Assembly (NCBI GenBank): GCA_044892525.1
Contig: CM097885.1
Coordinates: forward strand, 43,464,001-43,528,000
Source of the DNA: Schmidtea polychroa
Lineage: Eukaryota
Reading direction: 5' to 3'
Length of the DNA: 64,000 nucleotides
This document shows positions 51,916 to 64,000 of the stretch, piece after piece (position 1 is the stretch's first letter; each line of letters opens with the position of its first letter). The translations under genes and the position numbers were made by a program. The notes under the pieces are model-generated. The model made no database searches and had not been told where the DNA came from. It saw only the letters and a list, made by a program, of their open reading frames with translations.

Positions 51916-54825
51916 GTTACTTAAATAATTTAATAATTATTATTTTTGTACCTATCTATGATCTAGGAGAGTGAACATTTTAAACAATAAATTTAAAATT
52001 ATATACACAATTTTATAAAATATTACAAACTATTTAACATTTTGATTATTTTTAGTGACAATATTAGCAGGTTTTAGGAGATATTTAGTAAATATTTGAG
52101 TGAATTTCTATCATTTTTGTGACTTTTATACTGACTGCATGAATATTTAAAAATTTACGAGTTTATGGTTTTAATCTAAGATAAATTTCACTTTTTAGTA
52201 GCTATTAATATTTTGATAATTTACTGTATATTTAATAGATTTAATAGATTACTTTGGTTTTAGGATTTATTTTGAATAAAAATTAATTTTAATGATAGGT
52301 AATTCATAATTAGGATTTTAATAGTAATTTAGTGATAGGATAAATTTTATCGAGTTGAAATTGACAAAATGATTTCCCTTGATAATTATATTTTCATTTA
52401 AAAATATTTCCATGAAACTTTCAATTCCAAATATTGAAAATCAGCTGGAACAACAATTGATTTATCAGAAAATATTTTATCATATGAGAACATTATTTTT
52501 GATGCAATTTTTGATTATGGCGACACTAGATGATAGCAATGACAATGTATGTTTTTTGTATTAGTTGCCATTGGGCTTTTGTACCGACAGCACGTTTGAT
52601 AAAAATATTATCAAATATAAGAAAAAAAAGTTTCAGTAATAACTGGGTTAGAGAAGGTAAATATTTTTAGGAAAATTAAGAGATATAGTCGGTTAAATAT
52701 CGATATGTAAAGGGATAAAATAGAAAATTATTCACATTTATCTCATTGGTTAGATATATGACCTTTAGAGATAATATCAAAGGTAAAGGGATAGAATATA
52801 GAATAATTGTCACTTAAAGGGATTTTAATAAATCTTTTCAGTTTGATATTATAATATTTTAGGTAAATTTGATCCCTTTTTAATGATTTTAAAGGGATCA
52901 TCAATTCGCTTTTTTATCGATGACAAGTTGAATAATTATTATATTATTATTTAGAGTAATGTATTTAGGGAACTGGGTTACTCTCTGATTTTATGTGATG
53001 ATTAAAGGGTTATATCGATCTATTTGGGAAATATTTTAATGATTATCACTTATGAATTTCCAAGATAAATTGATGACTTTAATAAGTTAATTGTAAATGA
53101 ATTCATATTGAATTTTCTGAATACTTTGTGCAATCAATCAATCAAAATTGCATATTAGGTCTTGTACTTAGTACATTCTCGATAATTATAAGTTGATTAC
53201 TTTGTTTGGTGTTTGTTATTATGTAGAGTTGGTTTCCAGTGGTGATATTTTGATCTGGATCAGCCAATTAAGCTTATTATACATGTGATAAAAGTTTACC
53301 CTTTAGAAATTATTTTCCTTATAATTAATTCATCTCAATTTAGCTATTCAATCTAAATAAATTATTTACCAGATTTTATAAGAAAATTCTTTTTTTGATT
53401 AACTTGAATTACAATCTTAAACGATTCATATTTAATGAATATTTACCTAAATGTATAGAATTTAAAGTTCTTTTGTTATTCATTATTAGGATTCATAAAT
53501 ATATAAGTGTTATAATTGTGTATTATTATTATGTTATTGTTATGGTTTAATATTATTATACTGGAGGAAGATTGTAGGACCCAGCCGAGTCACCTATAAA
53601 GAAACTGTCTCGGGACAGCTGGTGTGTTTGTATGTAAATTAATAAACAATATGCAACGATGATAATAATATTAACACTTATTAATAAAAATATATTTTAT
53701 AGTTCAATAGGCAAGTCTTCTGTTGCGGAATGTACCTTTTAGATCTTAACTGTAACTGACTTATAATTAGCTTCCTACGAACGGGTAGATTTCTGTTATT
53801 TAATTTTCTCGTATTCTGTAGTGGATAAAGGATGCTTGGTTTTATTGGAATTGTCTTCTGCATAACAACCAATACCGAAATTATTGTAACCAATGGTTTT
53901 AGATTATCCTCGAAAACTTGAGTGGGATAATAGTTTGATATGAGATTATAATTTGTTTCCCAAACTTATTTTCCGAATAGTTTGGGTTGAGTTTTCTTTT
54001 GACTCTTTAGTTCGATTGATGATTGAATAATACAGTAGTTAGATGCAAGATTATAATTTATTTTCTAAATTTGTTTTCCGAATAGTTTAGGTTGAGTTTT
54101 CTTTTGAGTTTTCTAAGTTGAGTTTTGGCTTGAAATTTCGTTGTCTTGATAATTTTTTCTTTTAATTAATTTTTATGGATTTTTTATTTGTACTTTTTTT
54201 GTAATTTTCTATAGTAATAATTTACTATAGTAAATTACACTATATAGTTTTTTTTATTTTTTTTGTCATGTACATAATGATAAAAATAACAGTATATATC
54301 ACAAATCTTAATTACAATTCAAAAATTAAAAAAAGATACAACAAATCATTACATTCATATTATTTAGTTATTCATACCTTTTCATATAATATTTTTTGGC
54401 TGTTTTGCAGAATTTTAATTTAAATATTTACTGGTACTTCCTTTTTTACAATCATTTCCTGTATTTTAATCAAGAATGAATAATTTTATTAATTTTTACT
54501 TTACTATTAAAAAATCCTACCAATACTGATGCCATCGAGTTCAGTCAATCACTATCATTTTCAAAATATCATTCAATTATATTCATTTTTATTTGAAAAC
54601 TAACAACATATTTTCCAACAAATATTTTCAATGATTTATCAAATCTATTCAAAAACTATTAACTCAAATAAATAAATTTAAAATCTAACATTTTTATTTA
54701 ATGATTCACTCTTGAAAACATAACTGTAAACTACTTTATTCACCAGATAACAAAATAACTTTACATCAGTGATTATTTTTGCAAAATAACAAATATAATA
54801 TATAATATGTTTTATATGATTGTAG

Positions 54826-55179
54826 TGTTAGTGTCATCATTTTCGCAATGTCATCCACCTGGTTGTGAAAAGATTGTAAACAACAAGGACGACTGCAAAT
54901 CACCATACCAAGTTTCTACGAATCCTTGGTTTACGTTGACTTTTCCATATACGATAGACGCTATTGCAGTGATTTTATATTCCAAAAGAGCAGAATATTT
55001 TTTTATTGAAACTTCTGTGAACTCTGTAATTTGGATAATATGCGCAGCGTTTTATCAGTCACAAAGTGAACTTTCTAATGTAGAATTGTTTAAATGTATG
55101 AGTAAATTTAAATACATTCGGATATCTTCTTCCTCTCTGAAATTCAACACAAATGAAATATGCCAATTTAAAGTATTCG
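54826..55179 (+). CDS. Exon 6: divergent F-type-lectin-like domain 2
   Basis: Acceptor attgtag; SSFSQC...C...NPWFTLTF...C...C...KYIRI...EICQFKVF; donor gtattc. 354 nt, phase 1-1. Confidence 0.72.
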
Positions 55180-55199
55180 GTATTCTTTTTTCTATTTTA

Positions 55200-55389
<190 letters not shown>

Positions 55390-56176
55390 TTTATTACTAA
55401 TATCATTATTTTCAACCTAAATTTCGACCTTTTCACTCAAATACGAAATTTTCTTCTTTTCTTTCTTTTCCCCTAACTCCTCTTGTTGGTTTTAGGGCTT
55501 ATTTATTTATTTTAATTGTATTTTTTATAAATAATTTTCGACAAATAGATACGAATATTAATAGATCATGCAAAGATTCAAATGCAAAGCATTTGGAACC
55601 CAAAATTCAAATTAAGAATATAACTAATTAAAAATTAATAAAAATTAAACATCAATATTTTCAGGAAGATAAAAGTATGAGTGGCCTTATGAGCAATTAA
55701 AAATTTAAAGACGAATATAATAATTAAAAATTTATGGAAACTCTCTAGGTACAGGTATTATAAAAAAATTAAACCCAATTAACTAATTAATTAATTATTC
55801 AAAATAATTTGTCGATAATCCTGAATATGACACAATCAGTGGGTGCCTTTCGGATTGAGGCTCAATTGGATAATTAAATTTTCTTTATAGCTCAGTAAAT
55901 ACTTTTCGTCTAATGTAGATCAATAATTTACTTCTTACCAGGAACCACTATTGGAAGGAGGTAGTTTAATTTTGACCTTTAAGCGGATCCTTTCAATTTT
56001 TGGGATTTAGTCGATAACTGAGTGCGATACCAAGCAATAAAAGAGGAAATAACTGTTTGATAAAGGCGAAAAAATCGAGTGAATATTGAACATTGGGTTA
56101 AAGTAAAATAGTTATTTCTTTCCAAGGAATCAACAGTTTTAAATGTGAGTTGAGTAGTTCATCTTTGGTAAACTTG

Positions 56177-56407
56177 CAGTGGCGGCTCGTACGCAAATAT
56201 TTTGTGAAAGCAATAAAAAAATTTTTATTTATGTAAAAGCTCAATTCTTCTTGTTTTTCTACAAAATTTTTTAATTACTAAATCATAAAAATTGTCTTTA
56301 GTAGCCAAAAGCTCTTTTGAAAAGATATTAAAAATTTAAAATATAGAATTTCTCAAATTTGAAGTGGAAGCAATGCTTGCATTGCTTATATACTCGAGCT
56401 GCCACTG
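56177..56407. mobile_element. hAT MITE
   Basis: TIR cagtggc.gctcg; perfect TSD taaacttg. Confidence 0.9.
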
Positions 56408-58038
56408 TAAACTTGCTCAATTTTTGGAAATAATTGATATTGATTGAATATGCAATTGTGGGAATACGATTAACACAGTTAAATACCTGACTCAAATAGA
56501 TATTGTAGGAAAGGGTGTTGCGAGAAAATAAATAAATTAACAATATGATTTAGAATAATTTATTTATGTGTACAACAATAACAATTTTTTCAATACTAAA
56601 AGATGTGTTCATAAAAAAGTGCATAAAAAAAAGTGCACAAAAAGATGTGTCGCTCACTTGTCTTATAAATTCAAACTATAATAGGGCATTCCTAAGACCC
56701 GAAAGCTAGTACTTGCAGTTAATAACAACTTATACAACAACTTATTATTATTATTATTATCATTATTATTATTATTTACTCCAACAACACTTGGAGTGCT
56801 TTAACATTTCATAAGTATCAAACAAACACAATTCATTTAAAAATGATTTTTTCAGTGTTGAACACATGACGCCAAGCGTTCAAAAACAAGAAATAGACTC
56901 GTAGCCTCTGGAGGATGTTAAAATTAATAAATAATAATATTTGTATGGGGGGAGGTCGGTTTCCATTTATTATAGTATCTCTTTAATTCATTTTTCCTAT
57001 TTTCTTAATTTGATGTTAAAAATACAACAATAAAATAAACAAAAATTAATTAATAAGATACAATTAATACAAAATCCATTATTAATTCAATTAAGTTCAG
57101 ATTATCAGGATCTTGAATAGATTATAATTTGTCATCATCCTTTGCAATGTGTATATATTGATCCTGTATTTATTGGACCGTATTATATAATATTTTAATT
57201 TTATAATCTTCGTTATTCTCCCATCTTCCAATACAAGTATAGTTTGAAAATTGGTTGATTCTTTGTAACCTATTTATTTCTCCTGTTTTGCAATCAAGGG
57301 ATAATAGCAGGATTTGATTTTCATGTTGGTAAAAGAGAGTGAACTTTTTGATTCAATATTTTACTTTTTTGGGATATTTCTTTCGTCTGTCGTGCATCAA
57401 ATTTCTCTCTATACTGTGATTACTTTCCTAGATTGTAACAGAAACAAATGTCGTTAATTCTTTTTTTTGTTTCGTTAATTATCATGGAGAATTATGTAAA
57501 CGAAGCTTTGTTGCTCGCGAAGAATTTCTTCAGAAATGTGATCAAGAGTCAAATATTTTGTTTATCAAGATTATATATATATATATATTTCAATTGTGCT
57601 TAAATTATAATTGATCAATTTCGTGGCATCTGGGTTGCTCCAAAATTATTCTTAGGTTTCACTTCTCTTTATAACACAATGTAGCTTATTCCGTCGAATT
57701 AGAGGATATATAGCCCTTACAAACTTTTCAACAGGGATCCATTCGATTACGATCTTGTTATCTTTCTAAATTTGTGCACGTTATATATTGTAATTTTATT
57801 TAATTTAATAAAGTATTTTGTAATTAAAAGAGTTCAGTTGTTACTTTCATTTTACGCACATTTATATTTTCATAAGATTATATTTCTGTTAGAGTCAGAA
57901 TAATTTGGTGTTAAGGTCTATAGACTTTCAAACTATCTTTTTGAAATTATTTTTATTAAATGAAATTAATAATTGTAAAGTAATTTTATATTAATAATTT
58001 TATATTGACCAAATACAAATTTAGTTGGCACTTTAGGA

Positions 58039-58251
58039 CAGTGTTTCTCAACCGTTGGTCCACGACCCAATATTGGGCCCCGAAAAAATTAAATTGATTC
58101 GCGTAAGCGTATTACAAATATAGTTTTTTAATATCCCGTTGAACAGAATATTAAAAATTTGTATTTTGGGCCGCGAAAAAATAAAATAGGTCCACGTACA
58201 AAGAATAAATAGATTTTTGGTCCGAGATACGTTTTGGGTTGAGTAACACTG
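58039..58251. mobile_element. hAT-Charlie-type MITE
   Basis: TIR cagtgtt.ctcaacc; TSD ctttagga/ctttcgga (7 of 8). Confidence 0.85.
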
Positions 58252-58359
58252 CTTTCGGATATAGGCACATAGCAGTTGAGAACTAATGTTATTGATGAGT
58301 TTTGATATATTCATATATAAAAAATAAGAAAATTAACAACGTACATATTCTTATTGTAG

Positions 58360-58638
58360 CTAATCCACCAATTCCTAAGCAATGTATTGGTCCTAATAAC
58401 AAATTGTTTCAATATTTTGGAACTATATCAGTTGATGAAAATTCGAATCCCTGCTTATACTGGACTGAGGCCATTTATAAATACAAATACAGTCTTTTAA
58501 ATGAAAATTTCATTTATAACTCTCCATATAAATCAAAAAATTATTGTCGATCACCTTCACTTAAAACTTACTCCTGGTGTTTTATTAATTATAAGAACAC
58601 CGTCTTTATTTCAAAATGTAAAATACCTTCAACTTGTG
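58360..58638 (+). CDS. Exon 7: Kringle domain 4
   Basis: Acceptor ttattgtag; QCIG...YFGTI...PCLYW...KNYCRSP...SWCFI...CKIPSTC; donor gtaagt. 279 nt, phase 1-1. Confidence 0.85.
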
Positions 58639-58959
58639 GTAAGTTAGTTAGACGAATTTTTTGATTTTTGAATCCAAATGATGACTATATATATATATAA
58701 TCAAAGTCACTTGAAAAGATAGTGCCGGAAATTTGTGAATATCAAAAAAACATCGATATATTTACTGATTCATAGTCAAGTTTTTGAATAAATATGAAGT
58801 CCAGGTTTAATATTATAAAATTATTTCTTACTAAATATTTGTGGATAATGTGTTGTAAATATATCAGAATAAAGAATTACTAGAATTCGTTAAACTGTTC
58901 AAAGTCATCAAAATCAAGGGTAATGAATACCCTTAATGAGTTATGACGTCACAGTTCTA

Positions 58960-60095
58960 AGAATTATTGGTACTCTTTCTTTACTGATCAACTATGAAAC
59001 TCGTTATGAACTTCAAGAAGTGCAAGTAGTGTAATCAGATAAACACTTCTGATTATCTGGAAGATATATCTTAATGACTCACATTAACCATGCACACATA
59101 AAAATTACTATATTACATTGGGTAGTATACATTACGCCGTCTACGAGTTTAAGATACAAAACCAATTTTCAGTAATGCCAGAATGCAGAATGTTCAGAAT
59201 GCAGCTTTACCAAAGCATAACAGTACAAGAATACTGCGCTGGGACATTTCAATAATTTGATTTGATCACGATATTCAATATATGAAGGGTCATGATATTA
59301 TCCATGCGGACGCGCATAGTCGATTAACTTTTGAAAATTCAGATTCACACTTTATGGACTGGGATGAATATAATAAGGAATTTACTGCAGCTATGAGAGC
59401 GGTGATAGTTGAAAAGGCCTTGTACATGATACGTCGACAGAGGTATTCGCAGACGATACAAAGGGGTAATTGGTAAAATTTCTGCCAAATAGAAACAGAA
59501 AATAAAAAAATCAAACAACACTTCTCATTTAGAACCAAGTAATTGTTCTAGGAACAGGACCTGTTATTCAAACGGTTCTTAGAGAAAAACTAATATCGAC
59601 TGTACATAGCTTACACTTTTTTATGTTGACTACCAAATTACTACTGAAACTCTGTGTATGATGGTTCGGTATGGATAAAGATATCAATTCATTTGTAAGA
59701 AATTGTAATATTTGTAAAAGTAGTCCGAAAGCTAATACTGAAAGTGTTAGACATTTATAGGAATTAGCTGAAAAGCCTATTGAGGGCATTCATTTTAATT
59801 GGCCATTTCTACCAAATATTGGAAATACCTTATTGTTGATGGAAGCAATGAATTGGTTGGCCAAACACTTTCGGTCAGTCAACCACAACCGCTCACAAGA
59901 TAATACAATCAGTCTTTGTCAGATTTGGTGTACAACTCGAAGTAGTTACTGACAATGCTAAGGCATTCATATCAAAAGAAATTGTGCAATAGCTCAACAA
60001 GATGGGCGTATCTGTCGTTGAAACCCAACAAGAGCATGTCTGTTTTAATATACTTGTAGGAAGGATGGTACAAATGATAAAACGTTCTTTGACGA
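58960..60095 (+). pseudogene. Heavily decayed gypsy pol (RNase H-integrase) fragment
   Basis: TDQ; RILRW...DIQYMKG..IIHADAHSRL; WFGMDKDINSFVRNCNIC; RFGV..EVVTDNAKAFISKE; RMVQMIKRSL. Many stops and frameshifts. Confidence 0.75.
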
Positions 60096-60179
60096 TATAA
60101 TGGAATAATGAAATTTTGAATTACAAAATAAAAAAATATTAAATTAAATTAATTATTTATTTGTTTATTATTATTTTAG

Positions 60180-60334
60180 AATATTTTATAAAAAATGTAA
60201 AGTGTCGAAATGCTTGTTATTCCATACTCATGAGTTCTCTACCATCATGCTCTGTAATAGGTCTGGACGACTTAAAAATTTATCTTTCTGGCAACGGGAT
60301 GCCAAATACATTGGTAATGCCATCAGCTATTGAG
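60180..60334 (+). CDS. Probable exon 8 of the kringle gene (gene likely continues beyond the window)
   Basis: Phase-1 acceptor attattttag, open frame with 3 Cys, donor gag|gtaatt. No domain recognised. Confidence 0.5.
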
Positions 60335-60440
60335 GTAATTTTATGAATTTTATTATATATTATAGGGTTTTCTATAATGGAATTGAATATTTGCTTTGAG
60401 TATTTAATTAAATATTTCAGTGATATTATTATAATATTCA

Positions 60441-60545
<105 letters not shown>

Positions 60546-60573
60546 TAAAATGATGATTGCTTGGTAGCAGCAT

Positions 60574-60749
60574 TTATTATTTAAAACAATAAAATGATAA
60601 TTTAAGCCTTTTGCTGCAAATAATGTATTTAATGAAAGAATTTTCGACTATACGATAGTCCATTGACAAGGACTATCGTATAGTCGAAAATTCTTTCATT
60701 AAATACATTATTTGCAGCAAAAGGCTTAAATTATCATTTTATTGTTTTA

Positions 60750-60757
<8 letters not shown>
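60574..60757. repeat. Perfect 88-bp-arm hairpin (8-nt loop) between two (TAA)n tracts
   Basis: 60574-60661 is the reverse complement of 60670-60757. (TAA)n lies at ~60442-60543 and ~60750-60826. Confidence 0.95.
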
Positions 60758-60820
<63 letters not shown>

Positions 60821-61127
60821 TAATAATATAATATTTTTATTAGACTGTGGATCGAGTATTAATTGTATCCATTTAAATTAATTAAAGATTTGAAATTCAA
60901 ATATTTATTCTTGTTCACAATATTCAAACAAGAGGATTGTTTTACGCCATCAATATTTTGAGCAAGAAAATATCATTCAACTAATTTAAATTATATATTT
61001 AATTTATAATTATACTTAGATTTTAATTATTAATATAATATTTAAAATTATTATATACATATCATACTTATGAAATTCTAAATTAATTAATGCACAATAT
61101 TTAAATTAGTTAATTAATTAAGTTATG

Positions 61128-61489
61128 GGTACTTCCGTGTTATCCTACCCCCAAAAATTAAATTATAAAATACAATTAAAATAACAATATAAAAAATGAG
61201 AGAATACATTATTGATGACGTTATTGAGCATTATTGAACATAATTTATTAAGGCTATCTGTGATTTATGCGATTATGTGAGTTTATGTGGCGCAAACGTG
61301 TTCTAAGCAACAGTTCCGATGTGTTCGACACTATTCTCAGCGACATTGTGGTTTCCTGGCCACCTGAATGACCATTTACAAACTCTTTACAAACATTTGC
61401 TGAGTTTGTAACTGTGATTTAGAAAATAAATATAATAATTGTGTTCTTTTTTAATTTAATTTTTGGGGGTAAGATTACACGGAAGTACC
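61128..61489. mobile_element. MITE with GG...CC ends, long TIRs and 8-bp TSD (Merlin-like)
   Basis: ~38-bp TIR ggtacttccgtgt.atc.tacccccaaaaattaaatta; TSD aagttatg/aagttaag. The superfamily is inferred from end structure only. Confidence 0.78.
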
Positions 61490-62899
61490 AAGTTAAGCTT
61501 TATTTAACTTATTCCTTACAATTTTCATTATAGCATATCATCTTATTCATTTTGCCTAATACTATTTAAAACTAAATAGCTATTGAAATAGCAAATTTTC
61601 AATTATTTTGGATTATAATGACTAAAACCATTTGACTAAATTTGTGAATTTGAACTCTATTTTCTTTTTTAAAAATATGATAAAACATCTGAATAAACTA
61701 TTTTTCTTCAATAGAGCATTCTTAATTAAAGTTTTCTTAGATTAATTATTTTCTTTACCTGGCTAGTTTGCTTAAAGTTAAATACAGATTGCATATTTAA
61801 ATTAGGATAATGATTCGATTTGTCATTGTATTTATATTTATAACTACGCGTTCAACCAATCAATTCATTAAATTGTGATTGTGTCTAACTTCCATACATG
61901 TGTGTAACATGAATTATGTACAAGAGGTGTTATTTATCATCAATGTGTTATGTACTTTAATTTGTATTGATTGGTGTTTTAATTTAACTTGGTGCGATTT
62001 TTATGTTATATATTTTTGATTCATTAAAACAAGCTCTCAATTCTCGGTTCTAGCTCAACAGGTGTTTTCAGCTGAGAATTAAATATTTCAATGATTTATT
62101 AAGATAATTTTAAATGATAAATAATTGACTATTTAAAATAACTTTTAACATAATTTTTAAATTGAAATTTTTAAGTTTTTAAATTAAAAAATTAAACAAG
62201 CTTTTTATTAGTAAATCATTTTTAAATAAATATATTTTAAATATCGAAATTTTAACAAATGGTTTTTTAAAGATATTTTATCTAACGTTGAAAATGATCT
62301 ATGTGATCTATGTGACTCAGGCTTTTCATTTGTAATGAATGTAATATGTTTTCCTAATAAATTGTCAATAAAAAGAAATTTGGATTTAAAGCCAAATAAT
62401 TGAAAAAAAATTAAAAAATATATCCAATAGACGTGAAATGGGAAATCGATTTACTATTTCAAAGATCTAGTGATCGGATTCGACAAATTTAAAGAGAAGT
62501 GTGTCATCGTTTTGATTATTTAGGTAAGGTCAGATTATTACTAGTTTAAGAAAGTTTCTCATATGGTTACTTGCCATCATAGCAAGCATTTAAAAAAAGA
62601 GTAATAAAACTGACTAGTTATTTATAATTTGAATAATTTATATGTTGACTATAAAGCGACCCGTGTTGGATCTTCTTATTTTTATTAAATGACATGAATA
62701 CTATGTCTTGTCTGAACCAGTTTGTACGCAAATTTTATTTATTATAATATTAGAACAATACTTTATTTGCATTTGATTAATTTTTTAATTAGTCTATTTT
62801 TATTTATTAATTTTATTTTCTTCATTATTATTATATCAAAAAAGAACAATATACAAAATGTATTAAAAACAAAAAAAATGTAAATCAAATCTTTATTTA

Positions 62900-63635
62900 A
62901 TAAGTTTGTATACCGACAATACGGGAGGCTTTTGGAATTGAAACACTTGGATAACCCAGTTACATTCCCTATAATACCAATATGATAAACTTGCATTGGG
63001 TTTTAATCAGTTTCTTTTATTATTTGCGTTAATGAAAGATCTTTTACAGTTTTTACTCTAAACAACTGATGATTTTTGCTGGTTATTCAAAATTAGATAC
63101 ATTAAAAGTTTGGTTATTTTTCTAGCTGTGTTATGTCAGCTCCCTTCAATGTTACCTCTTTAGCCTTAGTACTTTTGTTATCACTCAAAACATACTTAAA
63201 CACCAACTTCTTAAATTTATGCCCTTTACTCTCGTCTTTGAACTTCCAGAATAAGGTTCATTGAATACAAAGGAATGTTTTGGATCATAATTTGAAGTAT
63301 CATGTAAATTATCCTTAACATTGTAGTCACAAAAAGTTGAAGTCGTTACAGTATTTTTGTAACTCTTCTTAGTGTAGCTGATACATTCTAAGTTAGGATA
63401 AATCCAGTAAAGTTTGACCAATGTAACTAGGCTTTTCTAAACACACGTATTGTTTAACATGACTACAACTAATCATTGCAAATTTTTAATGTCTTCTTAA
63501 ACATAGAGTTTGAAACATGTAATCAGTTTAAAATATGTATTACAGTCTTTAATTCATTCGTTTTTCAGATTCTCTGCAATTTTACTGAAAAGATTGTTAT
63601 TTCATAGCTTATAATAATCTTTATCTAAGATATTT
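62900..63635 (-). pseudogene. Protein-primed family B DNA polymerase (Polinton/adintovirus type), C-terminal relic
   Basis: Across stops and frameshifts: DKDYYKL*NNNLFSKIAENL (motif B), EKPSYIGQTLLDLS*LRMYQLH, HDTSNYDPKH, KFKDESKG, TKAKEVT and SLPY near the end. The YxDTDS motif appears deleted. Confidence 0.8.
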
Positions 63636-63732
63636 AGTTCCAATAAGTTCCAATATTGGTAAATTGTGAGTAAAATCTACGTGGTTTCGAATAGCCAATT
63701 GCAAATAACGGAAAATATAATTCTAGTTTTCT

Positions 63733-63990
63733 AGCCAATTCCAACACCTCAGCAGCAGAAGTGTTGGAATTGACTTGTAATGGTTCAGCTGTTATATATT
63801 CAAAAACGCCTTTCAAATATACAGGTGCTCCAGAACCAATTTATTCAGCATAGTTTCTTATACGAAGTTGTCAATGAATAAGGCCTACTGGAAACTGTAA
63901 TTCTGCCCTTGAACTTCGACTATTAACTTTAGTTAGTATCGCGCCTCCACTTTCCCCTAGCCCTTCACCATCTTTTCCTTGTCCAGGCAT
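63733..63990 (-). pseudogene. H2A: Histone H2A pseudogene (5' portion) with an H4-like N-terminal tail
   Basis: SRSSRAELQFPVGLIH*QLRIRNYAE*IGSGAPVYLKGVFEYITAE...AAEVLELA matches the H2A core. The ATG at 63990 gives MPGQGKDGEGLGESGGA, one frameshift away from the core. Confidence 0.85.
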
Positions 63991-64000
63991 TGTAGTTTTT

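Noticed and set aside
52300..54200. Possible decayed retroelement or LTR sequence
   Set aside because: No motif or terminal structure could be identified with confidence.

Overview
AT-rich, intron-containing eukaryotic (metazoan-type) DNA with long (TAA)n/(TA)n microsatellites and dense transposon content. A flatworm-like genome is plausible but cannot be established from sequence alone. Host genes: a 5-kb single-ORF ZNFX1-family helicase (321-5372) that appears to lack the C-terminal RZ finger, an orphan HPD J-domain exon (16278-16501), and an 8-exon (probably 3'-incomplete) secreted-protein gene at 34053-60334 with the architecture signal peptide-Kringle-F-type-lectin-like-Kringle-Kringle-F-type-lectin-like-Kringle, built from phase 1-1 exons. 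Mobile DNA: a young Ty3/gypsy element with identical 153-bp AGTTA...TAACT LTRs and an anomalous gag-pol junction, an intact hAT transposon in a (TA)n tract, a multi-layer nest of hAT and Tc1/IS630-like elements, a Tigger/pogo relic, several MITEs with TSDs, and an 88-bp perfect hairpin repeat tied to (TAA)n. Mostly missed by the ORF track are decayed Polinton/Maverick-type sequences: a major capsid gene split by a hAT insertion, a partial duplicate of it, a 1.5-kb mini-element with AG...CT ends and a 6-bp TSD, and a protein-primed PolB relic. Near them lie an intronless divergent TBP-like pseudogene and an H2A pseudogene with an H4-like tail, which may be viral cargo (inference). Family assignments rest on motif recognition by eye; no database search was run.
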